This document shows, piece after piece, positions 26,420 to 36,588 of a stretch of DNA of 64,000 nucleotides (within the stretch, counting starts at the first letter, position 1; the number at the start of each line of letters is the position of its first letter). Origin of the DNA: an uncultured Verrucomicrobiae bacterium (GTDB lineage: Bacteria > Verrucomicrobiota > Verrucomicrobiia > Opitutales > JABDGR01); the NCBI GenBank assembly GCA_963765205.1, contig CAVXVB010000009.1, positions 128,001-192,000 of the forward strand, given 5' to 3'. The position numbers and the translations under genes were made by a program. Below the pieces are notes generated by a model that was not told the origin of the DNA, did not search any database, and saw only the letters and a program-made list of their open reading frames with translations.

Positions 26420-27625
26420 ATGCCCATACCTCAATCGCGCCTACTCGTTGCTTTATTTCTCTGCGGCTCACTGGCCGCCGCCGCCGCGCCCGCGTCGGCG
26501 CCCGCCCCTGACTTTTCGACCATCGCGCCGAAAATGCAGGCGTTCGTGGACCAGGGCCAGGTGGCGGGAGTGGTCACGCTGGTTGCCACCAAGGACAAAA
26601 TTCTCCACCTCGCCGCCGTTGGCCAGAGCGACCTCGCCACAGGCCGCAAAATGCAACCGGACGATCTGTTCTGGATCGCCTCGATGAGCAAGCCGATGAC
26701 CGCCGTCGCCGTGGCGATGCTCGTGGATGAGGGCAAATTGAGCTTTGACGACCCGGTCGGAAAATATTTGCCGGAATATAACAGCCTTTGGGTGGCGCAG
26801 ACGAGCACCCGCGACCAACGTGTGCTGGCGCCGGCCGCCCGGTCCATCACGCTGCGCGATTTGCTGACGCACACCAGCGGCCTCGGCGAATACCAAGTGA
26901 CCGGGCCGCATTGGACACTTGGGGAGATGGCGCGGGTGTTGTCGCGCGAGCCGCTGCGCTTTGCGCCCGGCAGCCGCTGGGCCTATTCCACCGCAGGGTT
27001 GGATCTGGCGGGGGCGGTGGTCGAAAAAGTGAGCGGGCTGCCTTACGACAAATTTCTGCAAAAACGACTCTTCGATCCGTTGGGCATGAAGGACACGACC
27101 TTCTGGATTTCCCCGGATGAAAAGGCCCGCTATGCTGAAACCTACAAGCGCGACGGCCCAGGCAAAATCTCGCCCACCCCCATCCACTACCTGTATGGCA
27201 CCGAACCCACCGACCATGGCCGCCCACCCCTCGGGGGCGCGGGGTTGTTCTCGACGGCGGCGGATGTCGCCAAATTTTACCAGATGATGCTCAACCATGG
27301 CACCCTCAACGGGCAGCAAATTCTCAAACCGGAGACGGTAACGGAGATGCTGCGGAAGCAAACCGGCGAACTAACGGCCCGGCCCGGGATGCCGTGGGGC
27401 CTGGGTTTTTGCATTATCGAGGACCCGTCGAAAATGGAGGCGAACAACATTTTCTCCGCCGGGTCGTTTGGGCATGGCGGCGCGTTTGGCACCAGCAGTT
27501 GGGCCGATCCGCAGAGCGGCCTTATTTACGTGATTATGCTCGAGCTGGACAACCAAGGCAACCCGGACAACTCGCCGATGCGCATCGAGTTCCAAAAAGC
27601 CGCCGCGGCGGCGCTGGGGCAGTAA
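26420..27625 (+). CDS. Exported serine hydrolase, beta-lactamase family
   Basis: Signal peptide; FWIASMSK (SxxK), LLTHTSG, WAYS, FGHGG. Confidence 0.92.
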   Translation: MPIPQSRLLVALFLCGSLAAAAAPASAPAPDFSTIAPKMQAFVDQGQVAGVVTLVATKDKILHLAAVGQSDLATGRKMQPDDLFWIASMSKPMTAVAVAMLVDEGKLSFDDPVGKYLPEYNSLWVAQTSTRDQRVLAPAARSITLRDLLTHTSGLGEYQVTGPHWTLGEMARVLSREPLRFAPGSRWAYSTAGLDLAGAVVEKVSGLPYDKFLQKRLFDPLGMKDTTFWISPDEKARYAETYKRDGPGKISPTPIHYLYGTEPTDHGRPPLGGAGLFSTAADVAKFYQMMLNHGTLNGQQILKPETVTEMLRKQTGELTARPGMPWGLGFCIIEDPSKMEANNIFSAGSFGHGGAFGTSSWADPQSGLIYVIMLELDNQGNPDNSPMRIEFQKAAAAALGQ

Positions 27626-27728
27626 GTTGAAAAAGGTTGGCGACAACTAAAAGGACAGCAGACACCGAACAGCCACCCCCCCTTTTTTTTGCTTTTATTT
27701 CGGACAAAACCTCTCTTTGATACCTGAT

Positions 27729-28919
27729 ATGACTACCCCCCGAAGTCTGTTTGCTGTTTTGTCCATAATTTCTGCGCTGCCAGCTTTGGCCGTTGCCCAG
27801 ACGGCTTCGGCCGGCGCGCCCGCGCCGGCGGCGTCCTCCGCCACGGCTTCCACGCCGGCCACTCCTGCGCCCGCCGCCGCCACTGGCGGTCGTGGCCGGG
27901 GCGCGCGCCCAGCACCGCCCAACACGACGATGGGCCTGCCGCCGACGATTTCGCCGGACGCCAAAGTCGAGAAACTCGCCGCGTTGCCAACCGAAAGTTA
28001 CACGGTGGACGGAACACCCTTCACCGAGGGCACCACTTGCGCGCCGAATGGTGACGTTTATTTCATCGAGCAAAACAGCGACAAGATCATGCACTGGGAT
28101 GTCACGAACAAAACCCTGAGCGTGTTCATGCACCCCTGCGGCTATTCCAACGGCATGTGCTTCGATTACCACGGCAATCTGATTTCCTGCGCCGACGAAC
28201 GAAACGAGCTGTGGTCCATTTCGATCACGGAGACCGAGACGGTGCCCTACCCCCAGCCGCTCAACCCCGCGGTGGGAGATCCGGTCAAACCGGGCAACAT
28301 CACCCGCCCCAAACACACGGTGCTCGTGACGGATTACCAGGGCAAACTCCTCGACGGCCCCAATGACGTGTGGGTGCGGCCCGACGGCGGGATGTATTTG
28401 ACCGACCCTTATTACGCCCGCAAGTGGTGGGCGCCCGGACGCCAGGCGGAGCAGCCGTTGAAAACCGTTTACTATCTCTCGCCCGATTACAAGAAGCTCA
28501 CGCGCGTGCTCGACCAATTTAATTCGCCCAATGGCCGGAACGGCACGCCCAATGGCATCGCCGGCACGCCCGACGGCAAGACGCTCTACGTCTCCGACAT
28601 TGACGGCGGCCAAACGTGGGGCTTCGACATCCAGCCCGACGGCTCGCTGACCAATAAAAAGCTCGTCTGCTCCTTCGGCTCCGACGGGATGACACTCGAC
28701 AACCAGGGCAATCTCTACATGAGCGTGGGCGGCGGGCGGCCCGGCGGTGTCACGGTGGTGGACACCAAGACCGGGAAGCAGATCGGGTATATCGCCATGC
28801 CGGAATCGCCGGCCAACATGTGCTTTGGGGGCAAGGACCGCCAGACGCTCTACATTTGCGCCCGCACGGGGTTTTACTGCATTAAAACCAACGTCAAAGG
28901 CGCGAACCCAGGGAAGTGA
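27729..28919 (+). CDS. Exported SMP-30/gluconolactonase family protein
   Basis: FTEG, SNGM, PND, TDP, PNGIA, DGMTLD, PANMCFGG. Confidence 0.92.
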   Translation: MTTPRSLFAVLSIISALPALAVAQTASAGAPAPAASSATASTPATPAPAAATGGRGRGARPAPPNTTMGLPPTISPDAKVEKLAALPTESYTVDGTPFTEGTTCAPNGDVYFIEQNSDKIMHWDVTNKTLSVFMHPCGYSNGMCFDYHGNLISCADERNELWSISITETETVPYPQPLNPAVGDPVKPGNITRPKHTVLVTDYQGKLLDGPNDVWVRPDGGMYLTDPYYARKWWAPGRQAEQPLKTVYYLSPDYKKLTRVLDQFNSPNGRNGTPNGIAGTPDGKTLYVSDIDGGQTWGFDIQPDGSLTNKKLVCSFGSDGMTLDNQGNLYMSVGGGRPGGVTVVDTKTGKQIGYIAMPESPANMCFGGKDRQTLYICARTGFYCIKTNVKGANPGK

Positions 28920-28934
28920 TGATGGTTGCTCGCC

Positions 28935-29011
28935 TCGTAGCGCTGAACTTTAGCCAGTGCTCCGGGTTACACGAAGGTAGAAGAAGCGCTGGCTGAAACA
29001 CAGCGCTACGA
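28935..29011. repeat. Inverted GTAG-type REP-like doublet
   Basis: tcgtagcgctg..agccagtgc (28935-28963) vs gcgctggct..cagcgctacga (28983-29011), between convergent genes. Confidence 0.65.
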
Positions 29012-29039
29012 AAATACGTCAATATGGCAATCGCCTCGC

Positions 29040-29591
29040 TCACAGGCTGTAGGTGATGATCGTGCCATCCGGGGTCGAGATCGTCACCTGCGATTGTCCA
29101 TTCTTAATGGTGATTCCCGTGTAGTCCTCGCCGATCACGGAATCGAGCGGATGGAGGTAATTCTCCGTGTCGGTGCCGGTCAGATCATCGTAGCTCGCTC
29201 CCGTCGCGCTGCTGTTATCCAACATATACGACTGCGCCGCGTTGCCAAGCTGGCGCAGGTTGTTTTGGATGGCTTTAATTGCCTCCGGGGTGGCCGGGGT
29301 TATGGGAGGCAGAGAATTTAGGCCGGCAGCAGCGAGGGGTTGCCGGAATGCGGCGACCTGCGCGGGAGTGAGACTCGGGGGTGCAATTTGCGTTTTAGCC
29401 GATGGCGGTGTCGGCGTGACCGGCAGCAACGGACCGGTGATAGTTGGGGCGGTGGCTATCCGAGTGCCCACCGGGGCGGGCATTGATGCGGGTGGCGTGC
29501 CGGGCGCTTCTCCGTTGAACAAATAGAACAAGACCAGAAGCCCGGCGATGATCACGCCCAGAACGACGGCGATTTTGGCGCGGTTGCTCAT
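29040..29591 (-). CDS. Membrane-anchored protein with Pro-rich linker and pilin-like C-terminal domain
   Basis: One TM, P/T/A linker, then AIQNNLRQLGNAAQSYMLDN. Confidence 0.6.
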   Translation of the reverse strand: MSNRAKIAVVLGVIIAGLLVLFYLFNGEAPGTPPASMPAPVGTRIATAPTITGPLLPVTPTPPSAKTQIAPPSLTPAQVAAFRQPLAAAGLNSLPPITPATPEAIKAIQNNLRQLGNAAQSYMLDNSSATGASYDDLTGTDTENYLHPLDSVIGEDYTGITIKNGQSQVTISTPDGTIITYSL

Positions 29592-29639
29592 ACGATAATG
29601 ATGATCCCCATTATGTATGCCACCGTCAAGCCGCATGCA

Positions 29640-31028
29640 TCACCGCGCCGGTTCGGGCGCGTGGGCGGCACGGGCGGTGTCGCGGGCGAGGTGTTTGACG
29701 CCCCAGAGCCAGAAGACGCCGGCGAGCACGAACATCACGCCGACGAGGAGGAAGGCGCGTTTCATACCATAGCGGTCACCAAGGATGCCGATGACGACGG
29801 GGGAAATAACGTCTCCAAAGGCGTGGATGAAAAAGATGTTGGCGGCGAAGCCCACCGCGCGGATCGAGGGGTGGGTGACGTTGGCGAGAATGGTGTTCGA
29901 GGGGCCGGTATTGAAAAAGAGGCAGAAGCAGGTCGCATACGTCAGCACCCAAATCCCCCAGCCGGGGAAGCCGACGTGCAGCATCCAGACCAACATCGGA
30001 AACCCAAGGAGCATGGCCGCGCCGGAGACGAGGAAATATGCGCCGGGAATGCGGCCGCGCAAGCCGTCACCCAATAGCCCACCGAGGGGCGTCGCCGTCA
30101 GCCCGGCGAGGCAGACGATGCCGCCGAAGGTGAGGCTGACCGCGCCAGGTGACGGCGCGCCGGGGAGTTGGGAAAAATAATAGGGCACCCAGAACGCAAT
30201 GCCGCCGATAGAAAAGGTCATCGCCGCCATGCCGAGCGTGCAGAGCACGTAGGAGGGATTGCGCGCCAGCGCCAGATAGTCGTGCCAGTGCGCGGGCTTG
30301 ACCTCGACGGCACCGTCGGCCTGCCCGCGGGGCGGCTCGCGCATGAAGAAGCAGAGCACCCCGAACGCCAGCCCCGGCGGCACGACGAGATAAAACGCCC
30401 AGCGCCAGCTCTCGGCATGGATGCCGAAGTGTTGCGCGCCCCAGTCGCCGAGGTTGAAATGCAAGGCCGCGCCGCCCAGCGCGAAGCCGAGCGCGCTGCC
30501 GACCGGAATGGCCATGTTGAACCACGCGAGCGCCAGTCCACGATGCTGGACCGGATACATGTCGGATATGACGGTCGGCGCGACCGGCCCGTAGGCGGCC
30601 TCGCCAATCCCGATGAAGCAGCGCGTGAGCAGCAGGACGAGGAAGGTGGGCGCGAGGCCCGAAGCGCCGCTGGCCAGCGACCAGAGGAGCACGCCGATGC
30701 CGATGAGCACGCGGCGCGGGTAGCGGTCGGCCAGATGGCCGAAGATGGGCGCGCCAATCATATAGACCGACATGAAGGCCATCGAAAGAAAACCCATGAA
30801 GGCCAGCTCCGGCTTGAAATGAAGATGCGTCTGCGTCCAATTCTGGATGCCCATGATCAAGTCGCTGTCCGAGCCGGTGGCGCCGGGGGATAAAAAGGTC
30901 GTCTTCACGTCGCCGACGACCGCCGCAAGGACGTAGCGGTCAATGTAATTGAACATGTTGACGGCCAGCAGCAGGGCTAGCACGCCGCGCGCGCCGGGCA
31001 ACCGGGTGGAGGTGGCACCTTCTTTCAT
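29640..31028 (-). CDS. MFS transporter, Spinster-like
   Basis: NMFNYIDRY, GHLADRYPRR, RCFIGIGEAAY, HAFGD. Confidence 0.92.
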   Translation of the reverse strand: MKEGATSTRLPGARGVLALLLAVNMFNYIDRYVLAAVVGDVKTTFLSPGATGSDSDLIMGIQNWTQTHLHFKPELAFMGFLSMAFMSVYMIGAPIFGHLADRYPRRVLIGIGVLLWSLASGASGLAPTFLVLLLTRCFIGIGEAAYGPVAPTVISDMYPVQHRGLALAWFNMAIPVGSALGFALGGAALHFNLGDWGAQHFGIHAESWRWAFYLVVPPGLAFGVLCFFMREPPRGQADGAVEVKPAHWHDYLALARNPSYVLCTLGMAAMTFSIGGIAFWVPYYFSQLPGAPSPGAVSLTFGGIVCLAGLTATPLGGLLGDGLRGRIPGAYFLVSGAAMLLGFPMLVWMLHVGFPGWGIWVLTYATCFCLFFNTGPSNTILANVTHPSIRAVGFAANIFFIHAFGDVISPVVIGILGDRYGMKRAFLLVGVMFVLAGVFWLWGVKHLARDTARAAHAPEPAR

Positions 31029-31207
31029 CGGTGCAGTTCTTCGGCCTGCGCCGCGCCGGGGTCAATCTTCAAAATGAATGTCACACGCAATTCACCCCTT
31101 TGGCAGGGTGACTCAGAGGCATAACGGCCAGCCCCCCACCCCTAAAAATAGTGCTTGCGAACGCCGGGCAGGGTGCCCTAGATTAGCTTCTTCTGCCACT
31201 TCCCACT

Positions 31208-31822
31208 ATGAAAACCCCTAAACTTCTTGCTTTGATCACTGCGGTTGGCGCTGCGGCTTTCCTCGCGGTTACCGCTCATGCCCAGACCCCGGCTCCGGCG
31301 GCTGCTTCCGGCTCTGCCGCAGCCGCACCGACCCCCTATACCCTCACGCTGAGTGGCGCGCATATTTGTTGCGGCAATTGCGTGAAAGGCATTACCACCG
31401 CCGTGGCTTCGTTGAATGGCGTCACCGCCGTCGGCAGCACCTCGGATGGGACGATTGCTATCACCGCACCCGATAAAGCCACTGCGCAAAAAGCGGTGGA
31501 TGCTTTGACCGGCGCCGGCTTCTATGGCATGTCCAGTGACGCCGCCATCAAGGTCAACGCCGACACCGGCGCGACCGCGACCAAGGTCAGCAGCCTCACG
31601 ATCTCCAACCTGCACCTGTGCTGCGGCAAGTGCGTCACGGCGGTCAAAGGTATTTTGTCGAAAGTGGACGGCGTGACGGGCAACACTGTCAAGGCGAACG
31701 CTGCGTCCTTCACGGTGACCGGCGATTTCAGCCCGAAGGCGGTGATGGACGCCCTGCAAAAAGGGGGCCTGACCGGCACCGCCGGCGCGACCGTGCCGGA
31801 AGTGACCCCCGCGAAGACCTAA
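31208..31822 (+). CDS. Exported protein with two HMA-like metal-binding domains
   Basis: Signal peptide; HICCGNCV and HLCCGKCV; AL..AG. Confidence 0.8.
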   Translation: MKTPKLLALITAVGAAAFLAVTAHAQTPAPAAASGSAAAAPTPYTLTLSGAHICCGNCVKGITTAVASLNGVTAVGSTSDGTIAITAPDKATAQKAVDALTGAGFYGMSSDAAIKVNADTGATATKVSSLTISNLHLCCGKCVTAVKGILSKVDGVTGNTVKANAASFTVTGDFSPKAVMDALQKGGLTGTAGATVPEVTPAKT

Positions 31823-31850
31823 ATTCCTTCACCGGATTTTCGTCCTTTCC

Positions 31851-31886
31851 AAAACGCCCGCGGCTGCCGCGGGCGTTTTTGTTTTC
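31851..31886 (+). terminator. Intrinsic terminator
   Basis: aaaacgcccgcgg-ctg-ccgcgggcgtttt followed by T-rich tract. Confidence 0.85.
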
Positions 31887-31948
31887 TCCCGCAACGCGGG
31901 ATTGCCAAGCGGCGTTTTTTCCGGTGGAGTCCTCCGTTCCGCCCCTCC

Positions 31949-33466
31949 ATGCCCGCCGACGCCGCACCGCTGCTCGCCCTCCGCCAAATCGCCAAGTCCT
32001 TCGCCGGGGCGCGCGCATTGCGTGGCGTGGACTTTGATTTGCAGGCCGGCGAGGTCCACGCCCTGCTCGGCGAAAATGGCGCAGGCAAATCCACCTTGAT
32101 CAAGGTCGTCACCGGTGCGCACCAGCCGGACAGCGGCACCATGGAGATTGCCGGCCAGCGCGTGGAAAAACTCACACCGGCATTGGCGCGGGGCCTGGGC
32201 ATCGCGTGCATTTACCAGCAGCCCGCGCTGTTCCCCGACCTGACGGTCGCGGAAAATATCGGCCTGCGCCTGGAGCCGGCCCGCCCGCTGCGCGGCGTGG
32301 ACTGGGCGGGACGCCGCGCGCGCGCCGCGGAGCTTTTGCACCGCATTGGCGCGAACATTTCACCCGACCGCGAAGTGCGCGCGCTCTCAATGCCCGAGCA
32401 GCAGCTCGTGGAAATTGCGTGCGCGCTCGGCTCCGGCGCGCGCATCGTCATCATGGACGAGCCGACGGCCTCGCTCACGCAAAAGGAGCAGCACCTGCTG
32501 TTTGCCGTGGTGCGCGAGTTGCGCAAATCGGGCGTGGGGGTCATTTACATCTCGCACCGCCTGGAGGAAATTTTCCAGTTGGCCGACCGCGTCACCGTGT
32601 TGCGCGATGGCGAGAGCGTCGGCGTCAACGCGGTGGACGACATTAACGAAACTATCCTCATACGGATGATGGTCGGGCGCGAAATGTCGAATATTTATCC
32701 GCCGAGCGAATCCGCGCCAGGCGAGGTCGTGGTGGAATTGCGCAACGTGGGCTGTGCGGCGTCGGGCGTGCGGGGGGTGAATTTGCAGGTGCGCGCGGGC
32801 GAAGTGCTGGGCCTGGCCGGGCTGGTCGGCGCGGGGCGCACGGAACTGGGCCGTGTGCTCTTTGGCCTGACGCCCGCCGATGCCGGGGAGATTTTGCTCA
32901 ATGGCAAAGCTTTGACGATCCATTCGCCGGCGGAAGCCGTCGCGCAGAGGATTGCGTATGTGCCGGAAGACCGGCGGCGGCATGGGGTAATTTTGGAAAT
33001 GCCCATCGCGCAAAACATGACGATGGCGATTCACCGGCGGATTTTTCCGGGGATGTGGCTGCGCCTGGGCGCGGAACGGCGGCTGGCGCTTGATTACATC
33101 CGCGATTTGGGCGTGAAAACCTCCGGTCCCGACGCGCCGGGCAGCTCGCTGTCCGGGGGCAACCAGCAAAAAGTGTCGTTGGCGCGGTGGCTGGCGACCA
33201 AGCCGAAGCTGCTGATTCTCGACGAGCCAACGCAGGGCGTGGACGTGGGCGCGAAGAGCGAAATTCATAAAATCATCCGGCGGCTGGCGAAGGCAGGCCT
33301 GGCGGTGATTATGATCTCGAGCGACCTGCCGGAAGTGCTCGGCATGAGCGACCGCATCGGCGTGATGCGCGGCGGAGAATTGGTTTCGATTTTGCCGGGA
33401 AAATCCGACGCCCACACGGTGATGGCGGCGGCGTTGGGGCAGAAGGACAAAGGAGGGGCGGGATGA
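31949..33466 (+). CDS. Sugar ABC transporter ATP-binding protein (RbsA/RhaT-like)
   Basis: GENGAGKST, two NBDs, LSGGNQQK. Confidence 0.95.
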   Translation: MPADAAPLLALRQIAKSFAGARALRGVDFDLQAGEVHALLGENGAGKSTLIKVVTGAHQPDSGTMEIAGQRVEKLTPALARGLGIACIYQQPALFPDLTVAENIGLRLEPARPLRGVDWAGRRARAAELLHRIGANISPDREVRALSMPEQQLVEIACALGSGARIVIMDEPTASLTQKEQHLLFAVVRELRKSGVGVIYISHRLEEIFQLADRVTVLRDGESVGVNAVDDINETILIRMMVGREMSNIYPPSESAPGEVVVELRNVGCAASGVRGVNLQVRAGEVLGLAGLVGAGRTELGRVLFGLTPADAGEILLNGKALTIHSPAEAVAQRIAYVPEDRRRHGVILEMPIAQNMTMAIHRRIFPGMWLRLGAERRLALDYIRDLGVKTSGPDAPGSSLSGGNQQKVSLARWLATKPKLLILDEPTQGVDVGAKSEIHKIIRRLAKAGLAVIMISSDLPEVLGMSDRIGVMRGGELVSILPGKSDAHTVMAAALGQKDKGGAG

Positions 33467-34389
33467 AACGCTATTTTCGCGAGTGGTCGGTGGCGGGGGC
33501 GCTGGGCGTGATGCTCATCGCGCTGGCGGTTTTCGCGCCGCGGTTTTATGAGGGGCAGCCGCTGCTGTCGCGGTTGACGGACGCGGCGCCGTCGCTGGTG
33601 ATCGCGTGCGGGATGGCGCTGGTTATCATCAGCCGGCAGATTGATATTTCCGTGGGCTCGCAATTCGCCGTCTGCGGGACGTGCGGCGGGCTGCTGCTGG
33701 CGCACGGGTGGCCGGCGGCGGCGGTGATTCCGGTGTGCATCGCGCTGGGGGCGCTGCTGGGGGCGTTCAATGGCGCGCTCATCGCCGGCCTCGGCTTGCC
33801 GTCCATCGTCGTGACGCTCGCGATGATGGTGACGTGGCGCGAAGCCTTGCGCTGGCAGCGCCAGGGCGTATTGATCAACATTAGTTCCAAGCAATGGTTT
33901 GGCCTGAGCCAGGCGGAAGGGCAATGGACGATCATTGCCGGTTCGCTCATTATCCTCGTCGCGGTGGCGGCGGCGATGAAGCACCTGGCGGCCGGGCGTT
34001 TCGTGTATGCCGTGGGCGCAGACGCCGAGGCGGCGCGGCTGGCGGGCATCCGGCCGCGGCTGGTGACTTTTTTGACTTTTATTTTCCTGGGCGCTCTGAC
34101 GGGACTGGCGGCGATGATGTTTAGCGTGCAATCACTGCAAGTGGATCCGAATGCCGGCAACGGGCTGGAATTGCGCGTGATTGCGGCGGTGGTGGTCGGC
34201 GGGGTGTCCATTTCTGGCGGGCGCGGGAATTTGTGGGGCGTGCTGGCGGGGCTGCTGCTGCTGGCCTGCATCAGCCCCGCGCTCACCTATTTTGGCATTG
34301 AAGCCTACTGGGAAAAAGCCATCCAGGGCGCCATCATCCTGCTCGCGGTCGTGGCCGACGGCCTGCGGAGCCGGAAAACGCAACATTGA
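33463..34389 (+). CDS. Sugar ABC permease
   Basis: IDISVGS, PSIVVTL, AARLAGI, EL.VIAAVVVGG. Confidence 0.93.
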   Translation: MKRYFREWSVAGALGVMLIALAVFAPRFYEGQPLLSRLTDAAPSLVIACGMALVIISRQIDISVGSQFAVCGTCGGLLLAHGWPAAAVIPVCIALGALLGAFNGALIAGLGLPSIVVTLAMMVTWREALRWQRQGVLINISSKQWFGLSQAEGQWTIIAGSLIILVAVAAAMKHLAAGRFVYAVGADAEAARLAGIRPRLVTFLTFIFLGALTGLAAMMFSVQSLQVDPNAGNGLELRVIAAVVVGGVSISGGRGNLWGVLAGLLLLACISPALTYFGIEAYWEKAIQGAIILLAVVADGLRSRKTQH

Positions 34390-35453
34390 AACCTGCCATG
34401 CCTGCATCCACACACAAATCCGGCGGCGTCAAGGCTGTGTTCCGCAGCCACGAATTTATCCTGTTCGTGGTGTTGGTGGCGGAGTGGGTATTTTTCTACT
34501 TCGCGGGCACGTCAAAAAATTTCAGCGGCCACACCATCGGCTTCGGGACGGTAGACGCGCAATTCGACATTCTGCGCCATTCGTGCGAAATCGGGCTGCT
34601 CGCGCTGGTGATGACACCCATCATTCTGACCGGCGGGATTGACTTATCCGTTGGCTCGGTGCTGGGATTCAGCGCGGTGGTGTTCGGCAAGTTATGGCGC
34701 GACGGGCACCTGCCGATTGAGGTCGCGATGCTGGGCGCCTTGGGCGGCGGCGCACTGGCGGGCGGCGTGAACGCGGGGCTAATCACCTGGCTGCGCCTGC
34801 CGCCGCTCATCGTCACCCTGGGCACCTATTCGCTTTTTCGCGGGCTGGCCGAAGCCATCGCGCACGACGGGGACACGTTCACCGGCTTCCCCACCTCGTT
34901 CATTAATCTCGGCAACGAACGCTGGTTGGGGATGCCGGAACAATTGCCGATTTTTGTGGTAGTGGCCATCGCGGTCTGGCTGCTGGTGCACCGCACGACG
35001 TTCGGCCGCTCGTTCCGCGCAATAGGCTTTGCGCCGGAGGGCGCGCGCTATGCGGGGCTGCCAGTCAACCGGCGGCTGGTGTTGGCCTATGTGCTGGCCG
35101 GCGTGGTGTCGGCGTTGGCGGGCATCATCTATACGGCGCGCCTTGGCCAGGCGAAGGCCGATGACGGCACGGGCTACGAACTTTTTGCCATCACAGCGGT
35201 GGTGCTGGGCGGCACCAGCATCTTCGGCGGCACCGGCAGCGTGCAGGGCACGCTGCTGGGCGTGGCGGCGGTGGCCGTGCTAACCGATGGCTTGAGCCTG
35301 GCCCATTGGCCGCGCGAAGTCGGCGGCATGTTGACCGGGGTGCTGCTCATCCTGACCCTCACCGTGAGTGTGTTGCCAAAAATCTTGTCAAACCGCCGGT
35401 CCTCCCATCAGACTGCCCCTTCCACCCCTCAACCCTCCCCACCCTCCCTATGA
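34386..35453 (+). CDS. Sugar ABC permease
   Basis: GGIDLSVGS, PPLIVTLG, ELFAITAVVLGG. Confidence 0.93.
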   Translation: MKPAMPASTHKSGGVKAVFRSHEFILFVVLVAEWVFFYFAGTSKNFSGHTIGFGTVDAQFDILRHSCEIGLLALVMTPIILTGGIDLSVGSVLGFSAVVFGKLWRDGHLPIEVAMLGALGGGALAGGVNAGLITWLRLPPLIVTLGTYSLFRGLAEAIAHDGDTFTGFPTSFINLGNERWLGMPEQLPIFVVVAIAVWLLVHRTTFGRSFRAIGFAPEGARYAGLPVNRRLVLAYVLAGVVSALAGIIYTARLGQAKADDGTGYELFAITAVVLGGTSIFGGTGSVQGTLLGVAAVAVLTDGLSLAHWPREVGGMLTGVLLILTLTVSVLPKILSNRRSSHQTAPSTPQPSPPSL

Positions 35454-36493
35454 AACGGATTCTCGCCCTGCTCGTTGCCACCGGTCTTATTTTGTCCGGC
35501 TGCGGCAAAAGTGACACCAGTTCCACCCCGGCGGCCACGCCTTCCACAGCTTCCACGCCCGCGGCCTCCGCGCCCAGCGGCGGCGGCAAGAAGCTCACCA
35601 TCGGTTTGCTGCCCAAATCCAAGGGTAATTCTTATTTCGTCTCTTGCGCGAAAGGCGCCCAAACGGCGGCGGACGCTCTGGGTGATACGCTCATCTTTGA
35701 CGGTCCGACCACGGACGACGCCGGCAAACAAAATGAAATCGTGGACAACTGGATCAACTCCGGCGTGGATGTCATCGCCGTCGCCGCGGATAACAAGGAC
35801 GGCATCTCCACCGCGCTGCGCCAGGCGGAGGCCAAGGGCATTAAAGTCATCAGCTTCGACGCCGACGTGCTGCCCGACGCCCGCACGTTTTTCGTGAACC
35901 AAGCCACGCCGCAGGGCATCGGCTACAAACTGATGGATGAGGCGGCGCGCCTGTGTGGTAATACTGGCGAATTCGCCATCATCACCGGCTGCCTCACCGC
36001 CGACAATCAAAACGCGTGGAGAAAATACATTGAAGAGGACCTCGCTAAAAATTACCCCAACATGAAGGAAGTGGACTTCCGTCCCTCGAATGACGACGCC
36101 GCCATCGCCCAGTCCGTCGCCACGACCCTGATGAGCGCGCATCCCAACCTCAAACTTATCATGGCTATTTCCTCCAAAGCGGTCCCCGCCACGGCGGAAG
36201 CCGTCAAGCAGGCCGGCAAAATCGGCCAGGTGCACGTCATCGGCCTCGGCCTGCCCAGCGAAAACAAGGACTACGTTGATGCCGGCATCACCGACAGTGT
36301 CATCCTCTGGAAAACGGTGGACCTCGGCGCCCTCACCATTCAGGTCGCGGACGCTTTGGCCAAAGGCACGCTCAAGCCCGGCGACAAGGAATTCAAGGTT
36401 GGCGACAAATCCTATAAAATTGACGGGGACAACGTCCTCCTCGGCGAGCCGTTCGTTTTCAACAAGAGCAATATTGACCAGCAAGATTTTTAA
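35450..36493 (+). CDS. Sugar ABC substrate-binding lipoprotein (RhaS/LsrB-like)
   Basis: LSGC lipobox; PKSKGNSYF, NQNAW, LWKTVDLG. Confidence 0.9.
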   Translation: MKRILALLVATGLILSGCGKSDTSSTPAATPSTASTPAASAPSGGGKKLTIGLLPKSKGNSYFVSCAKGAQTAADALGDTLIFDGPTTDDAGKQNEIVDNWINSGVDVIAVAADNKDGISTALRQAEAKGIKVISFDADVLPDARTFFVNQATPQGIGYKLMDEAARLCGNTGEFAIITGCLTADNQNAWRKYIEEDLAKNYPNMKEVDFRPSNDDAAIAQSVATTLMSAHPNLKLIMAISSKAVPATAEAVKQAGKIGQVHVIGLGLPSENKDYVDAGITDSVILWKTVDLGALTIQVADALAKGTLKPGDKEFKVGDKSYKIDGDNVLLGEPFVFNKSNIDQQDF

Positions 36494-36588
36494 GCCGAGG
36501 GGTCCGCCGGTAGTTTTAACGAGCAGCAAATATGTCGGGGTGGGTTTTTAGTCTTCATCCTTCATCCCTCATCCGTCATCCTTCCTCA

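Noticed and set aside
26420..27625. Antibiotic-resistance beta-lactamase
   Set aside because: Motifs fit the broad esterase/serine hydrolase family (YS, HGG); no evidence of beta-lactam specificity
31949..36493. Assigning the ABC system to AI-2 (lsr) or rhamnose (rha)
   Set aside because: No lsrK/R or rha catabolic genes nearby; substrate cannot be determined
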